Source: the human T2T-CHM13v2.0 reference genome, Homo sapiens. From it: 64,000 bases of DNA. The first letter of the stretch is position 1. Each line of letters starts with the position of its first letter. The position numbers and the translations under genes are program-made. Positions 15,201-29,815 of the stretch are shown in pieces. The notes under the pieces were generated by a model. The model saw nothing but the letters and a program-made list of their open reading frames with translations, was not told where the DNA came from and searched no databases. Location: the NCBI RefSeq assembly GCF_009914755.1, contig NC_060940.1. One strand, given 5' to 3'.

Positions 15201-18200
15201 TTGATGATGATTCCATTCGAGTCCACTCGATGATTCCATTCGAGTCCATTTCATGAATCCATTGGTTTCAATTCTATGATGATTACATTGGATTCCATTC
15301 GTTGATGATTTCATTCGGTTCCATTCAATGATGATTCCATTCAATTCCTTTCAATGTTTCCATTCAATTCCATACGATGATGATTCCATTTGATTTGATT
15401 CGACAGTGAGCCATTCGATTCAATTCCATGATGATTCTATTTGATTCAATTGGTTGACATTTCCATTCGATTCCATTCGATGATGATTCCCTTTGATTCC
15501 GTTCAAAGATGATTCCATTCTAGCCCATTCAATCATTCCATTCGATTCTATTCAATGATGATTCCATTCATGTCGATTTGGTGATTCCATTTGACTTCAT
15601 TTGATGATGATTCCTTTCAAGTTCATTAGATGATTCCATTCGATTCCATTTGATGATGATCCCATTCGAGTCCATTCAGTGATTCCACTCGTTTCCATTC
15701 CATGATGATTCCATTCCATTCCATTCAATGATTCCATTCGATTCCGTTTGATGATGATTTCATTCGAGTCCATTTGATGATTCCATTTGATTCCATTCGA
15801 TGATGATTCCATTCGAGTCCATTCGATGATTCTATTCGAATCCATTTGATGATTTCTTTTGATTATAGTTGGTGATGATTCCATTGGAGTCCATTCAATG
15901 ATTCCATTCGATTCCAATCGATGGTGATTCCATTAGAGTCCATTTAATGATTCCATTTGATTCCAGTCTCTGATGATTACATTCGAGTCCATACGATGAT
16001 TCCACTCAATTCCATATGATGATGATTCCATTCGATTCCATTCGATGATTCCATTCTATTCTATTCAATGGTGATTCCATTCGAGTACATTAGATGATTA
16101 CATTCGATTCCATTCAATGATGATTCTATTTGTGTCCCTTAGATGATTCCACATGATTCCATTAGATGATGATACTATTTGAGCCCATCCAATGATTCCC
16201 TTCGATATCATTCGATGAGGATTCCATTCGATTCAATTCATTGGTGATTCTATTCAATTCAATTCTTTGATTCCATTCCATTCCATTCGACAATGATTCC
16301 ATTCGATTTCTTTCGATGATTCCACTCGATTCCACTTGACATTGATTCCCTTCGATTCCATTCAATGATTCCATTTGATTCCAGTGGATGATGATTGCCA
16401 TCGATTCCATTCGATCACTCCATTCTATTCCATTTGATGATGATTACATTCGATTCCATTTGACGATTCCATCTGATTCTATTCGAGGATTCCATTTGAT
16501 TCCATTCGATGATGATTCCATTCGAGTCCATTCGATGATTTCATTCGAGTACATCCAATGATTCCATTCGAGTCCATTAGATGATTCCATTTGATTCCAT
16601 TTGATAATGATTCTACTAGAGTCCATTCAATGACTCCATTCGAGTCCATTCAACAATTCCATTCGACTCCATTTGATGATTCCATTCGATTCCATTTGAT
16701 GATTCCATTCGAGTCCATTTAATCATTACAGACGAGTCCATTTGGTGATTCCACCGGATTTCTTTTGATAATGATACCATACAATTACATTTGATGATGA
16801 TCCCATTCAATTTCATTTGATGATGATTCCATTAGAGTCCATTCGATGATTTCATTCGAGTCCCTTCACTGATTCCATCCGATTTCATTGGATGATGACT
16901 CCATTCGAGTCCATTCGATGATTCCACTCGATTCCATTAGATGATTCCATTGGAGTCCATTTGATTGTTCCATTCGATTCCATTCGATTCCTTTCGAAGA
17001 TTATTCCATTTGAGTCCATTCGATGATGATTCCATTCCATTCCATTCGATGATTCCGTTTGATTCCATTCGATGATTCCCTTCGATTCCTTTCTTTGATG
17101 ATTCCATTCCATTCCATTCAATGATTCCATTCGAATCTATTCCATGATGATTCCTTTCGATTCCATTCGCTGATGTTTCCGTTCAATTCCATTCGATGAT
17201 GATTCCATTCGATTCCATTCATTGAGGATTCCATTTGATTCCATTCAATGATGATTCCGTTCTATTCCATTCAATGATTGCATTCAATTCCATTCAATGA
17301 TTATCCCATTAGGGTAAACTCAACGATTCCATTCAATACCATTCGATGATGATTCCTTTTGAGTCCATTCAATGATTTCATTCAAGTCCATTTGATGATT
17401 CCTTTCAATTCCATTCTATGATGATTCCATTCGAGTCCATTCGATGATTCCATTCGATTGCATTCGATGATTCCATTATATTCCATTCAACGATGATTCC
17501 ATTCGAGTCCATTCGATGATTCCATTAGAGTACATTTAATGATTGCTTTGTTTTCAATTCGAAGATGATTACATTGGATTCCATTCTATGATACCATTCG
17601 ATTCCATTCAATGATGATTCCACTCAAATCCATTGGATGATTCCATTCGTGTCCATTCGGTGATTTCATTAGATTCCATTCGAGGATGATTCCATTCGAT
17701 TCCATTCGATGATTCCATTCAATTCCATTCGATGATGATTCCATTCCAGTCCATATGATCATTCCATTTGATTTCATTCGATGATGATTCCATTCGATTC
17801 CATTCGATGATTCCATTCTATTCCATTCGATGATGATTCCATTCGAGTCCATTCGATGATTCCATTCGAGTCCATTTAATGATTCCATTGGGTTCAATTC
17901 AATGATGATTACATTGGATTCCGTTCTATGATTCCATTCAATTCCGTTCATTGACAATTTGATTCCATTCGATGATGATTCCATTTGAGTTCATTCGATG
18001 ATTCTATTCGATTCTCTTCGATGGTGATTCAATTCTATTATATTGGATGATTCCATTCGATTCCATTTGATGTTGATTCAATTCGATTCTATTCGATGAT
18101 GATTCCATTGGATTTCACTTGATGATTCTATTCGATTCCATTCAATGATGATTCACTTCTCGTCCATTGGATGATTCCATTTCATTCCATTCGATGATGA

Positions 18201-18316
18201 TTCCATTCGATTCCATTCGATGATTCCATTTGATTCCATGCGACGGTGAGCAATTCGATTCAATTCCATGATGATTCTATTTGATTCAATTAGATGATGT
18301 TTCCATTCGAATCCAT
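12205..18316 (+). repeat. Macro-repeat unit 3 (6112 bp, longer allele by 10 bp near 16670-16700)
   Basis: Marker spacing 12679 to 18791 = 6112; GACTCCATTTGATGATTCCATTCGATTCCATTTGATG here versus GAGGCCATTCGATGATTCCATTTCATG in units 1 and 2. Confidence 0.93.
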
Positions 18317-21300
18317 TCCATGATTATTCCATTGGAATCCATTCGGCGATGATTCCATATGAGTCAATTCAATGATGATTCCATATGGGTCCGTTCGATG
18401 ATAATTCCATTTGATTTCATTCGGTGCTTCTATTCAATTCCAGTCGATGATGATTCCGTTGGAGTCCATACGATGATTCCATTTGATTTCATTTGATGAT
18501 GATTCCATTCGATGATGATTACATTGGATTCCATTCTATGATTCCATTCAATTCCATTCGTTGATGATTCGATTCCATTCAATGATGATTCCATTTGAGT
18601 TCATTCGATGATTCTATTCGATTCCGTTCGATGGTGATTCAATTCTCTTATATTGGATGATTCCACTCGATTCCATTTGATGATTATTCCATTGGAGTCC
18701 ACTTAGTGAATCCTTTAGATTCTACTCGAAGATGATTCCATTCGAGTCCATTCGATGATACCATTCAATTCCATTCGTTGATGCTTCCATTCAAGTGCAT
18801 TCGATGATATCATTCGATTCCATTTGATGATAATTCCATTTGATTCCATGCGATGATTCTATTCGATTCCATTCAATGATAATTCCATTCAATTTAGTGA
18901 TTCCTCTGGACTCCATTTGATGATGATTCCATTCAATGATTCCATTCGATTCTATTCGAAAATGATTCCATTTGAATCCATTTGATGATGATTCCATTAG
19001 ATTCCATTTGATGATTCCATTCGATTCCATTTGACGATGATTCCATTCGATTCCATTTGATGATTCCATTCTATTCTATTCGATGATGATTCCATTCGAT
19101 TCCATTTGATGATGATTGGATTCGATTCCATTTGATGATTTCATTTGATTCCATTCGTTAATGATTTCGATCAACTCCATTCGATGATTCCATTTGATTC
19201 CATTCGATAATGATTACATCCGAGTCCATTCGATGATTCCATTTGAGCCCGTTCGATAATTCCATTTGAGTCCAATCAATGATTCCATTCATTTCCATTC
19301 AATGATTCCATTCGAGTCCATTTGATCATTCCGGTAGGGTCCGTTCGATGTTGATTCCATTGGAGTGCATTCGATGATTCCATTCGAGTCCATTTTAGGA
19401 TTTGATTCGAGTCCTTTCGATGATTCCATTCGATTCCACTCGATGATTTCATTCGAGTCCATTCGACACTTCCAATCGATTCCATTTGATGTTTCCATTC
19501 GAGTCCAATTGATGATTCCATTCAATTCCATTCGATGATGATTCCGTACGATTCCATTCTGTGATGATTCCATGTGATTGCATTCAATGATGATTCCTTT
19601 CGATTGCATTCGATTATGATTCATTTCGTGTTCATTCTATGGTTCCACAGGTTTCCATTCGATGATGTTTCCATTCGTGTCCATTCCATTATTCCATTCT
19701 ATTCCATTTGAAGATGATTCCATTCGATTCCATTCATTGGTGATTCCACTCAATTCCATTCAATGATTCCATTCCATTTCTTTCAACAATGATTCCATTA
19801 GTTTCTATTCGATGATCCACTTGATTCCATTTGACGATGATTCCATTCGTGTCCATTCGATGATTCCATTTGATTCCATATGATGATGATTCCATTCGAT
19901 TCCATACGATGATGATTCCATTCGAGTCCATTCAATGGTGATTCCATTCAATTCCATTCGATGATTCCTTTCGATTCCATTCAATGATGATGGCATTCGA
20001 TTCCTTTCGATCATTCCCTTTGATTCCATTCAAAGGTGATTTCATTCAAGTCCATTCGATAATTGCATTCGATTCCATTCTATGATGATTCCATTCGAGT
20101 CCATTTGATGATTCCATTCAATTCAAGTCAATGATGATTCCATTCGATTCTACTCGATGATTCCATTGGATTCCATTCGATGATGATTCCATTCAAATCC
20201 ATTCGATAATTCAATTCAAGTCCATTCGATGATGATTCCAATCGAATCCATTCAAAGATTCCACTCAATTCCATTCGATGATGATTCCCTTAGATTCCAT
20301 TCGATGATTCCACTTGATTCCATTTACGATGATTCCATTCGATTCCATGTGATGATTCCATTCAATTCTATTCAATGATGTTTCCACTTGATTCCATTCG
20401 AACATGATTGCCTTTGATTCCATTCAATGATTCCATACGGTTCCATTTGATGATGATTCCATTGGAGTGCATTAGATGATTCCATCCGAGTCCATTTGAT
20501 GATTCCATTCGATTCCATTCGATGTTGATTCTGTTCAAATCCATTCGATGATTCCACTCGATTCCATTCGATGACTCCATTTGATCCCATTCGATGATTT
20601 CCTTTGATTCCCTTTGATGATCATTCCATTTGATTCAATTCGGTGATTTCATTTGATTCCATTCAGTGATGTTTCCATTCAACTCCTTTCGATGATGATT
20701 CCATTCGACTCCATTCGATTATGATTTCATTCAATTCCATTCGATAATGATTCCCTTCAAGTCCATTCGATGATTCCATTCGATTCCATTCAACAATGAT
20801 TTGATTCGTGTCCATTCGATGATTCCATTTGATTCCATTTGATGATGATTCCATTCGAGTCCCTTTCATGATTCCATTCAATTCCATTCTCCGATGATTT
20901 CTTTTGAGCCCATTCAATGCTTCCACTCGATTCCATATGATGATGACTCCATTTGATGAAATTCCATGATGATTCCATTCGGTTGCATTCGATGATGATT
21001 CCACTTGAGTCCGTTAGAAGATTCTATTCAATTACATTCCATGACGATTCTGTTCGAGTCCATTTGATGATTCCATTAGACTCCATTCGACGATGATTCC
21101 ATTCGATGTTATTCGATGATGATTCCATTCAACTCCATTCGATGTTTCCATTCGAGGTCATTCTATTATTCCATTAGATTCCATTCGATGATGATTCCAT
21201 TCGATTCCATTTGATGATTGCATTCTATTTCATTTGATGATGATTCCATTCGAGTCCATTCGATGATTCCATTCGAGTCCATTTAATGAATCCATTGGTT

Positions 21301-24300
21301 TCAATTCTATGATGATTACATTGGATTCCATTCGTTGATGATTTCATTCGATTCCATTCAATGATGATTCCATTCAATTCCATTCAATGATTCCATTCAA
21401 TTCCATACGATGATGATTCCATTTGATTTGATTCGACAGTGAGCCATTCGATTCAATTCCATGATGATTCTATTTTATTCAATTGGTTGACATTTCCATT
21501 CGATTCCATTCGATGATGATTCCCTTTGATTCCATTCAAAGCTGATTCCATTCTAGCCCATTCAATCATTCCATTCGATTCTATTCAATGATGATTCCAT
21601 TCATGTCGATTTGGTGATTCCATTTGACTTCATTTGATGATGATTCTTTTCAAGTTCATTAGATGATTCCATTCGATTCCATTTGATGATGATCCCATTC
21701 GAGTCCATTTGATGATTCCATTCGTTTCCATTCCATGATGATTCCATTCCATTCCATTCAATGATTCCATTCGATTCCGTTTGATGATGATTTCATTCGA
21801 GTCCATTTGATGATTCCATTTGATTCCATTCGATGATGATTACATTCGAGTCCATACGATGATTCCACTCAATTCCATATGATGATGATTCCATTCGATT
21901 CCATTCGATGATTCCACTTGATTCCATTTACGATGATTCCATTCTATTCCATGCGATGATTCCATTCAGTTCTATTCAATGCTGTTTCCATTTGATTCCA
22001 TTGGACCATGATTACCTTTGATTCCATTCAATGACTCCATTCGGTTCCTTTTGATGATGATTCCGTTCGATTCCATTTCATTATTCCATTTGATTCCATT
22101 GGATGAGTCCATTCGATTACATTCGATGATTATTCCATTCGAGTGCATTAGATGATTCCATTCGAGTCCATTCGATGATTCCATTCGATTCCATTCGATG
22201 TTGATTCTGTTCAAATCCATTCGATGATTCCACTCGATTCCATTCGATGACTCCAGTTGATCCCATTCGATGATTTCCTTTGATTCCCTTTGATGATCAT
22301 TCCATTTGATTCAATTCGGTGATTTCATTTGATTCCATTCAGTGATGTTTCCATTCGACTCCATTCGATGATGATTCCATTCGACTCCATTCGATTATGA
22401 TTTCATTCAATTCCATTCGATAATGATTCCCTTCGTGTCCATTCGATGATTCCATTCGATTCCATTCAACGATGATTTGATTCGTGTCCATTCGATGATT
22501 CCATTTGATTCCACTTGATGATGATTCCATTCGAGTCCATTTGATGATTCCATTCAATTCCATTCTCCGATGATTTCTTTTGAGCCCATTCAATGCTTCC
22601 ACTCGATTCCATATGATGATGACTCCATTCGATGAAATTCGATGATGATTCCCTTTGATTCCATTCAAAGATGATTCCATTCTAGCCCATTCATTCATTC
22701 CTTTCGATTCTATTCAATGATGATTCCATTCATGTCGATTTGGTGATTCCATTTGACTTCATTTGATGATGATTCCTTTCAAGTTCATTAGATGATTCCA
22801 TTCGATTCCATTTGATGATGATCCCATTGGAGTCCATTCAGTGATTCCACTCGTTTCCATTCCATGATGATTCCATTCCATTCCATTCAATGATTCCATT
22901 CGATTCCGTTTGATGATGATTTCATTCGAGTCCATTTGATGATTCCATTTGATTCCATTCGATGATGATTACATTCGAGTCCATACGATGATTCCACTCA
23001 ATTCCATATGATGATGATTCCATTCGATTCCATTCGATGATTCCATTCTATTCTATTCAATGGTGATTCCATTCGAGTACATTAGATGATTCCATTCGAT
23101 TCCATTCAATGATGATTCTATTTGTGTCCCTTAGATGGTTCCACATGATTCCATTTCATGATGATACTATTTGAGCCCATCCAATGATTCCCTTCGATTC
23201 CATTCGATGAGGATTCCATTCGATTCAATTCATTGGTGATTCTATTCAATTCAATTCTTTGATTCCATTCCATTCCATTCGACAATGATTCCATTCGATT
23301 TCTTTCGATGATTCCACTCGATTCCACTTGACATTGATTCCATTCGATTCCATTCAATGATTCCGTTTGATTCCAGTGGATGATGATTGCCATCGATTCC
23401 ATTCGATCACTCCATTCTATTCCATTTGATGATGATTACATTCGATTCCATTTGATGATTCCATCTGATTCTATTCGAGGATTCCATTTGATTCCATTCG
23501 ATGATGATTCCATTCGAGTGCATTCGATGATTTCATTCGAGTACATCCAATGATTCCATTCGAGTCCATTTGATGATTCCATTTGATTCCATTTGATTAT
23601 GATTCTACTAGAGTCCATTCAATGACTCCATTCGAATCCATTCAACAATTCCATTCGAGGCCATTCGATGATTCCATTTCATGATTCCATTCGAGTCCAT
23701 TTAATCATTACAGTCGAGTCCATTTGGTGATTCCACTGGATTTCTTTTGATAATGATACCATTCAATTACATTTGATGATGATCCCATTCAATTTCATTG
23801 GATGGTGATTCCATTAGAGTCCATTCGATGATTTCATTCGAGTCCCTTCATTGAATCCATCCGATTTCATTGGATGATGACTCCATTCGAGTCCATTCGA
23901 TGATTCCACTCGATTCCATTAGATGATTCCATTGGAGTCCATTTGATTGTTCCATTCGATTCTATTCGATTCCTTTCGAAGATTATTCCATTTGAGTCCA
24001 TTCGATGATGATTCCATTCCATTCCATTCGATGATTCCGTTTGATTCCATTCGATGATTCCCTTCGATTCCTTTCTTTGATGATTCCATTCCATTCCATT
24101 CAATGATTCCATTCGAATCTATTCCATGATGATTCCTTTCGATTCCATTCGCTGATGTTTCCGTTCAATTCCATTCGATGATGATTCCATTCGATTCCAT
24201 TCATTGAGGATTCCATTTGATTCCATTCAATGATGATTCCATTCTATTCCATTCAATGATTGCATTCAATTCCATTCAATGATCATCCCATTAGAGTAAA

Positions 24301-25347
24301 CTCAACGATTCCATTCAATACCATTCGATGATGATTCCTTTTGAGTCCATTCAATGATTTCATTCAAGTCCATTTGATGATTCCTTTCAATTCCATTCTA
24401 TGATGATTCCATTCGAGTCCATTCGATGATTCCATTCGATTGCATTCGATGATTCCATTATATTCCAGTCAACGATGATTCCATTCGAGTCCATTCGATG
24501 ATTCCATTAGAGTACATTTAATGATTGCTTTGTTTTCAATTCGAAGATGATTACATTGGATTCCATTCTATGATACCATTCGATTCCATTCAATGATGAT
24601 TCCACTCAAATCCATTGGATGATTCCATTCGTGTCCATTCGGTGATTTCATTAGATTCCATTCGAGGATGATTCCATTCGATTCCATTCGATGATTCCAT
24701 TCAATTCCATTCTATGATGATTCCATTCCAGTCCATATGATCATTCCATTTGATTTCATTCGATGATGATTCCATTCGATTCCATTCGATGATTCCATTC
24801 TATTCCATTCGATGATGATTCCATTCGAGTCCATTCGATGATTCCATTCTATTCCTTTCGATGATGATTCCATTCGAGTCCATTCGATGATTCCATTCGA
24901 GTCCATTTAATGATTCCATTGGGTTCAATTCAATGATGATTACATTGGATTCCGTTCTATGATTCCATTCAATTCCGTTCATTGACAATTTGATTCCATT
25001 CGATGATGATTCCATTTGAGTTCATTCGATGATTCTATTCGATTCTCTTCGATGGTGATTCAATTCTATTATATTGGATGATTCCATTCGATTCCATTTG
25101 ATGTTGATTCAATTCGATTCTATTCGATGATGATTCCATTGGATTTCACTTGATGATTCTATTCGATTCCATTCAATGATGATTCACTTCTCGTCCATTG
25201 GATGATTCCATTTCATTCCATTCGATGATGATTCCATTCGATTCCATTCGATGATTCCATTTGATTCCATGCGACGGTGAGCAATTCGATTCAATTCCAT
25301 GATGATTCTATTTGATTCAATTAGATGATGTTTCCATTCGAATCCAT
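18317..25347 (+). repeat. Rearranged unit 4 (7031 bp) with internal jump-back duplication and several deletions
   Basis: 6102 -3 +16 +3 -72 -23 -170 +1869 -570 -170 +49 = 7031, equal to the marker spacing 18791 to 25822. Confidence 0.9.
24792..24889 (+). repeat. Local tandem duplication of a 49 bp (23+26) sub-repeat
   Basis: ATTCCATTCTATTCC[A/T]TTCGATGATGATTCCATTCGAGTCCATTCGATG occurs twice here and once in other units; offset to unit 6 changes from 11330 to 11281. Confidence 0.88.
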
Positions 25348-27985
25348 TCCATGATTATTCCATTGGAATCCATTTGGCGATGATTCCATATGAGTCAATT
25401 CAATGATGATTCCATATGGGTCCGTTCGATGATAATTCCATTTGATTTCATTCGATGCTTCTATTCTATTCCAGTCGATGATGATTCCGTTGGAGTCCAT
25501 ACGATGATTCCATTTGATTTCATTTGATGATGATTCCATTCGATGATGATTACATTGGATTCCATTCTATGATTCCATTCAATTCCATTCGTTGATGATT
25601 CGATTCCATTCAATGATGATTCCATTTGAGTTCATTCGATGATTCTATTCGATTCCGTTCGATGGTGATTCAATTCTATTATATTGGATGATTCCACTCG
25701 ATTCCATTTGATGATTATTCCATTGGAGTCCACTTAGTGAATCCTTTAGATTCTACTCGACGATGATTCCATTCGAGTCCATTCAATGATACCATTCAAT
25801 TTCATTCGTTGATGCTTCCATTCAAGTGCATTCGATGATATCATTCGATTCCATTTGATGATAATTCCATTTGATTCCGTGCGATGATTCTATTCGATTC
25901 CATTCAATGATAATTCCATTCAATTCAGTGATTCCTCTGGACTCCATTTGATGATGATTCCATTCAATGATTCCATTCGATTCTATTCCAAAATGATTCC
26001 ATTTGAATCCATTTGATGATGATTCCATTAGATTCCATTTGATGATTCCATTCGATTGCATTTGACGATGATTCCATTCGATTCCATTTGATGATTCCAT
26101 TCTATTCTATTCGATGATGATTCCATTCGATTCCATTTGATGATGATTGGATTCGATTCCATTTGATGATTTCATTTGATTCCATTCGTTAATGATTTCG
26201 ATCAACTCCATTCGATGATTCCATTTGATTCCATTCGATAATGATTACATCCGAGTCCATTCGATGATTCCATTTGAGCCCGTTCGATAATTCCATTTGA
26301 GTCCAATCAATGATTCCATTCATTTCCATTCAATGATTCCATTCGAGTCCATTTGATCATTCTGGTAGGATCCGTTCGATGTTGATTCCATTGGAGTGCA
26401 TTCGATGATTCCATTCGAGTCCATTTTATGATTTGATTCGAGTCCTTTCGATGATTCCATTCGATTCCACTCGATGATGATTTCATTCGAGTCCATTCGA
26501 CACTTCCAATCGATTCCATTTGATGTTTCCATTCGAGTCCAATTGATGATTCCATTCAATTCCATTCGATGATGATTCCGTACGATTCCATTCTGTGATG
26601 ATTCCATGTGATTGCATTCCATGATGATTCCTTTCGATTGCATTCGATTATGATTCATTTCGTGTTCATTCTATGGTTCCACAGGTTACCATTCGATGAC
26701 GTTTCCGTTCGTGTCCATTCCATTATTCCATTCTATTTCATTTGATGATGATTCCATTCGATTCCATTCATTGGTGATTCCACTCAATTCCATTCAATGA
26801 TTCCATTCCATTTCTTTCAACAATGATTCCATTAGTTTCTATTCGATGATCCACTTGATTCCATTTGGCGATGATTCCATTCGTGTCCATTCGATGATTC
26901 CATTTGATTCCATATGATGATGATTCCATTCGATTCCATACCATGATGATTCCATTCGAGTCCATTCAATGGTGATTCCATTCAATTCCATTCGATGATT
27001 CCTTCCGATTCCATTCGATGATGATGGCATTCGATTCCTTTCAATCATTCCCTTTGATTCCATTCAAAGGTGATTTCATTCAAGTCCATTCGATAATTGC
27101 ATTCGATTCCATTCTATGATGATTCCATTCGAGTCCATTTGATGATTCCATTCAATTCAAGTCAATGATGATTCCATTCAATTCCACTCGATGATTCCAT
27201 TGGATTCCATTCGATGATGATTCCATTCAAATCCATTCGATAATTCAATTCAAGTCCATTCGATGATGATTCCAATCTAATCCATTCAAAGATTCCATTC
27301 AATTCCATTCGATGATGATTCCCTTAGATTCCATTCGATGATTCCACTTGATTCCATTTACGATGATTCCATTCGATTCCATGTGATGAATCCATTCAAT
27401 TCTATTCAATGATGTTTCCATTTGATTCCATTGGACCATGATTGCCTTTGATTCCATTCAATGATTCCATTCGGTTCCATTTGATGATGATTCCGTTCGA
27501 TTCCATTTCATTATTCCATTTGATTCCATTGGATGAGTCCATTCGATTACATTCGATGATTATTCCATTCGAGTGCATTAGATGATTGCATTCGAGTCCA
27601 TTCGATGATTCCATTCGATTCCATTCGATGTTGATTCTGTTCAAATCCATTCGATGATTCCACTCGATTCCAATCGATGACTCCATTTGATCCCATTCGA
27701 TGATTTCCTGTGATTCCCTTTGATGATCATTCTATTTGATTCAATTCGGTGATTTCATTTCATTCCATTCAGTGATGTTTCCATTCGACTGTATTCGATG
27801 ATGATTCCATTCGACTCCATTCGATTATGATTTCATTCAATTCCATTCAATAATGATTCCCTTCGAGTCCATTCGATGATTCCATTCGATTCCATTCAAC
27901 GATGATTTGATTCGTTTCCATTCGATGATTCCATTTGATTCCACTTGATGATGATTCCATTCGAGTCCATTTGATGATTCCATTC
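25348..27985 (+). repeat. Truncated, more diverged unit 5 (about unit positions 1-2620)
   Basis: Collinear with the unit until GAGTCCATTTGATGATTCCATTC ending at ~27985, with many private substitutions (TCTGGTAGGATCC, GGTTACC, CCATTTGGCG, GACTGTATTC). Confidence 0.88.
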
Positions 27986-29815
27986 GAGTCTATTTATGTA
28001 TTATATTCGTGTCCACTTCATGATTCCATTCAATTCCATTTAATGTTGATTCCATTTGATTCCATTTGATGATTCAGTTCGATTCCTTGCAATGATTCCC
28101 TACGATTCCTTTCTCTGATGATTCCATTCGATTCCATTCATTGATGATTTCATTCGACTCCATTCGATGATGATTCTTTCGATTCCATTTGACGATGTTT
28201 CCATTCGAGTCCATTCGATGATGATTCTATTCAATTCTGTTCTATTATGATTCCATTCGATTTCATTCAATGCTTCTATTTGATTCCATTCGATGATGAT
28301 TCCATCTCTTTCCCTTCGATGATTCCATTTGATTCCATTCAGTGATGATTCCATTTGATTCCATCTGATGATGATTTCACTTGATTCCTTTCAATGATGA
28401 TTCAATTCAAGTCCATTCGATGATTCCATTGGAGTCCAAACGATCATTCCGTTCGATTCCATTCAATGGTGATTCCATTCATGTCCATTCGATGAATCCA
28501 TTCAATTCCATTCGATGATGACTCCATTCGAGTACATTCGATGATTCCATTTGATTCCATTTGAAGATGATTCCATTCAATTCCATTCGAAGATGATTCC
28601 ATTCAATTCCATTCGATGATGATTCCGTATGAATCCATTCTCTGATTATTCCATTCGATTCCATTCATTGACGATTCCATTCAATTCCATTCAATGATGA
28701 TTCTCTTCTATTCCATTCGATGATTCTGGTCGATTCCATTCGATGATGATTCCATTAGATTCCATTCGATTGTTGCATTCGATTCCCTTCGATGATGATT
28801 CCTTTGAATTCCATTCGATTATCATTCCGTATGAATCCATTTGATGATTATTCCATTGGATTCCTTTCGATGATGATTCCATTCGATTCCATTTGATGAT
28901 GTTTCTCTTGTATTCCATTGGATAATTCCTTTCAGTTCCCTTCGATGATTATTCTTTCAAGTCAATTCGATGATTCTATTCCATTCCCTTCGATGATGAT
29001 TCCATTTCACTCCATTTGATGATTCCATTCGACTCAATTTGGTGATGATTCAATTCGATGACATTCGATGACTCCATTCAATTTCATTTGATGATGATTA
29101 CATTCGAGTCCATTTGATGATTGTATTCCTTTCCTTTTGATGATTATTCCATTCGTGTCTATTCAAAGGTTCCATTCTATTCCATTCAATGATGATTGCA
29201 TTTGATTCCATTCAATGATTATGGCTATCGATTCCACTCGTTGATTCCATTTGATTCCGTTCGATGATTATTCCGTTAGATTCCATTAGAAGATTCCATT
29301 CGATTTTATTCAATGATTCCAATGGATTCCATTCAATGATGATTCCATTCGACTCCATTCAGTGATTCCATTCGAGTCCATTTGATGATTCCATTCTTTT
29401 CCATTTGATGATGATTCCATTAGGGTCCATTCAATGATTCCATTCGAGTCCATTCGTTAATGCCTTTCGAGTCCTTTTGATCACTACATTCGAGTCCATT
29501 CAATGATTCTATTCGATTCCATTCCATGATGATTCCATTCGAGTTCATTCGATGATTGCATTCGAGTCCATTTGATGATTCCATATGATTCCCTTCGACA
29601 ATGATTCCATTCGTGTCCATTTGATGATTCCATTCATTTCCTATCGATGAAGATTCCATTCAAGTGTATTCGATGATTCCATTCAAATCCATTCGATGAT
29701 GATTCCATTCCAGTCCATTCGATCATTCCACTTGATTCCATTTGATGACTATTCCATTCAAATCCATTTGATGATTCCATTCGATTCCATTCGATGTTAC
29801 CATTCGAGTATATAC
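27986..29815 (+). repeat. Divergent HSat2 island (~1.83 kb), not collinear with the 6.1 kb unit
   Basis: Still CATTC/GATGAT based but has words seen nowhere else in the window (TCTATTTATGTATTATATTCG, TTCCTTGCAATG, TTCTCTTGTATTCCATTGGGATAA, TTATGGCTATCG, CGTTAATGCCTTTCG). ORFs at 28100-29659 are single-copy in the track. Confidence 0.88.

Noticed and set aside
27986-29815. Island as a transposon or viral insertion
   Set aside because: It is itself CATTC-based satellite, has no poly(A), LTR, terminal inverted repeat or target-site duplication, and replaces rather than interrupts unit sequence.
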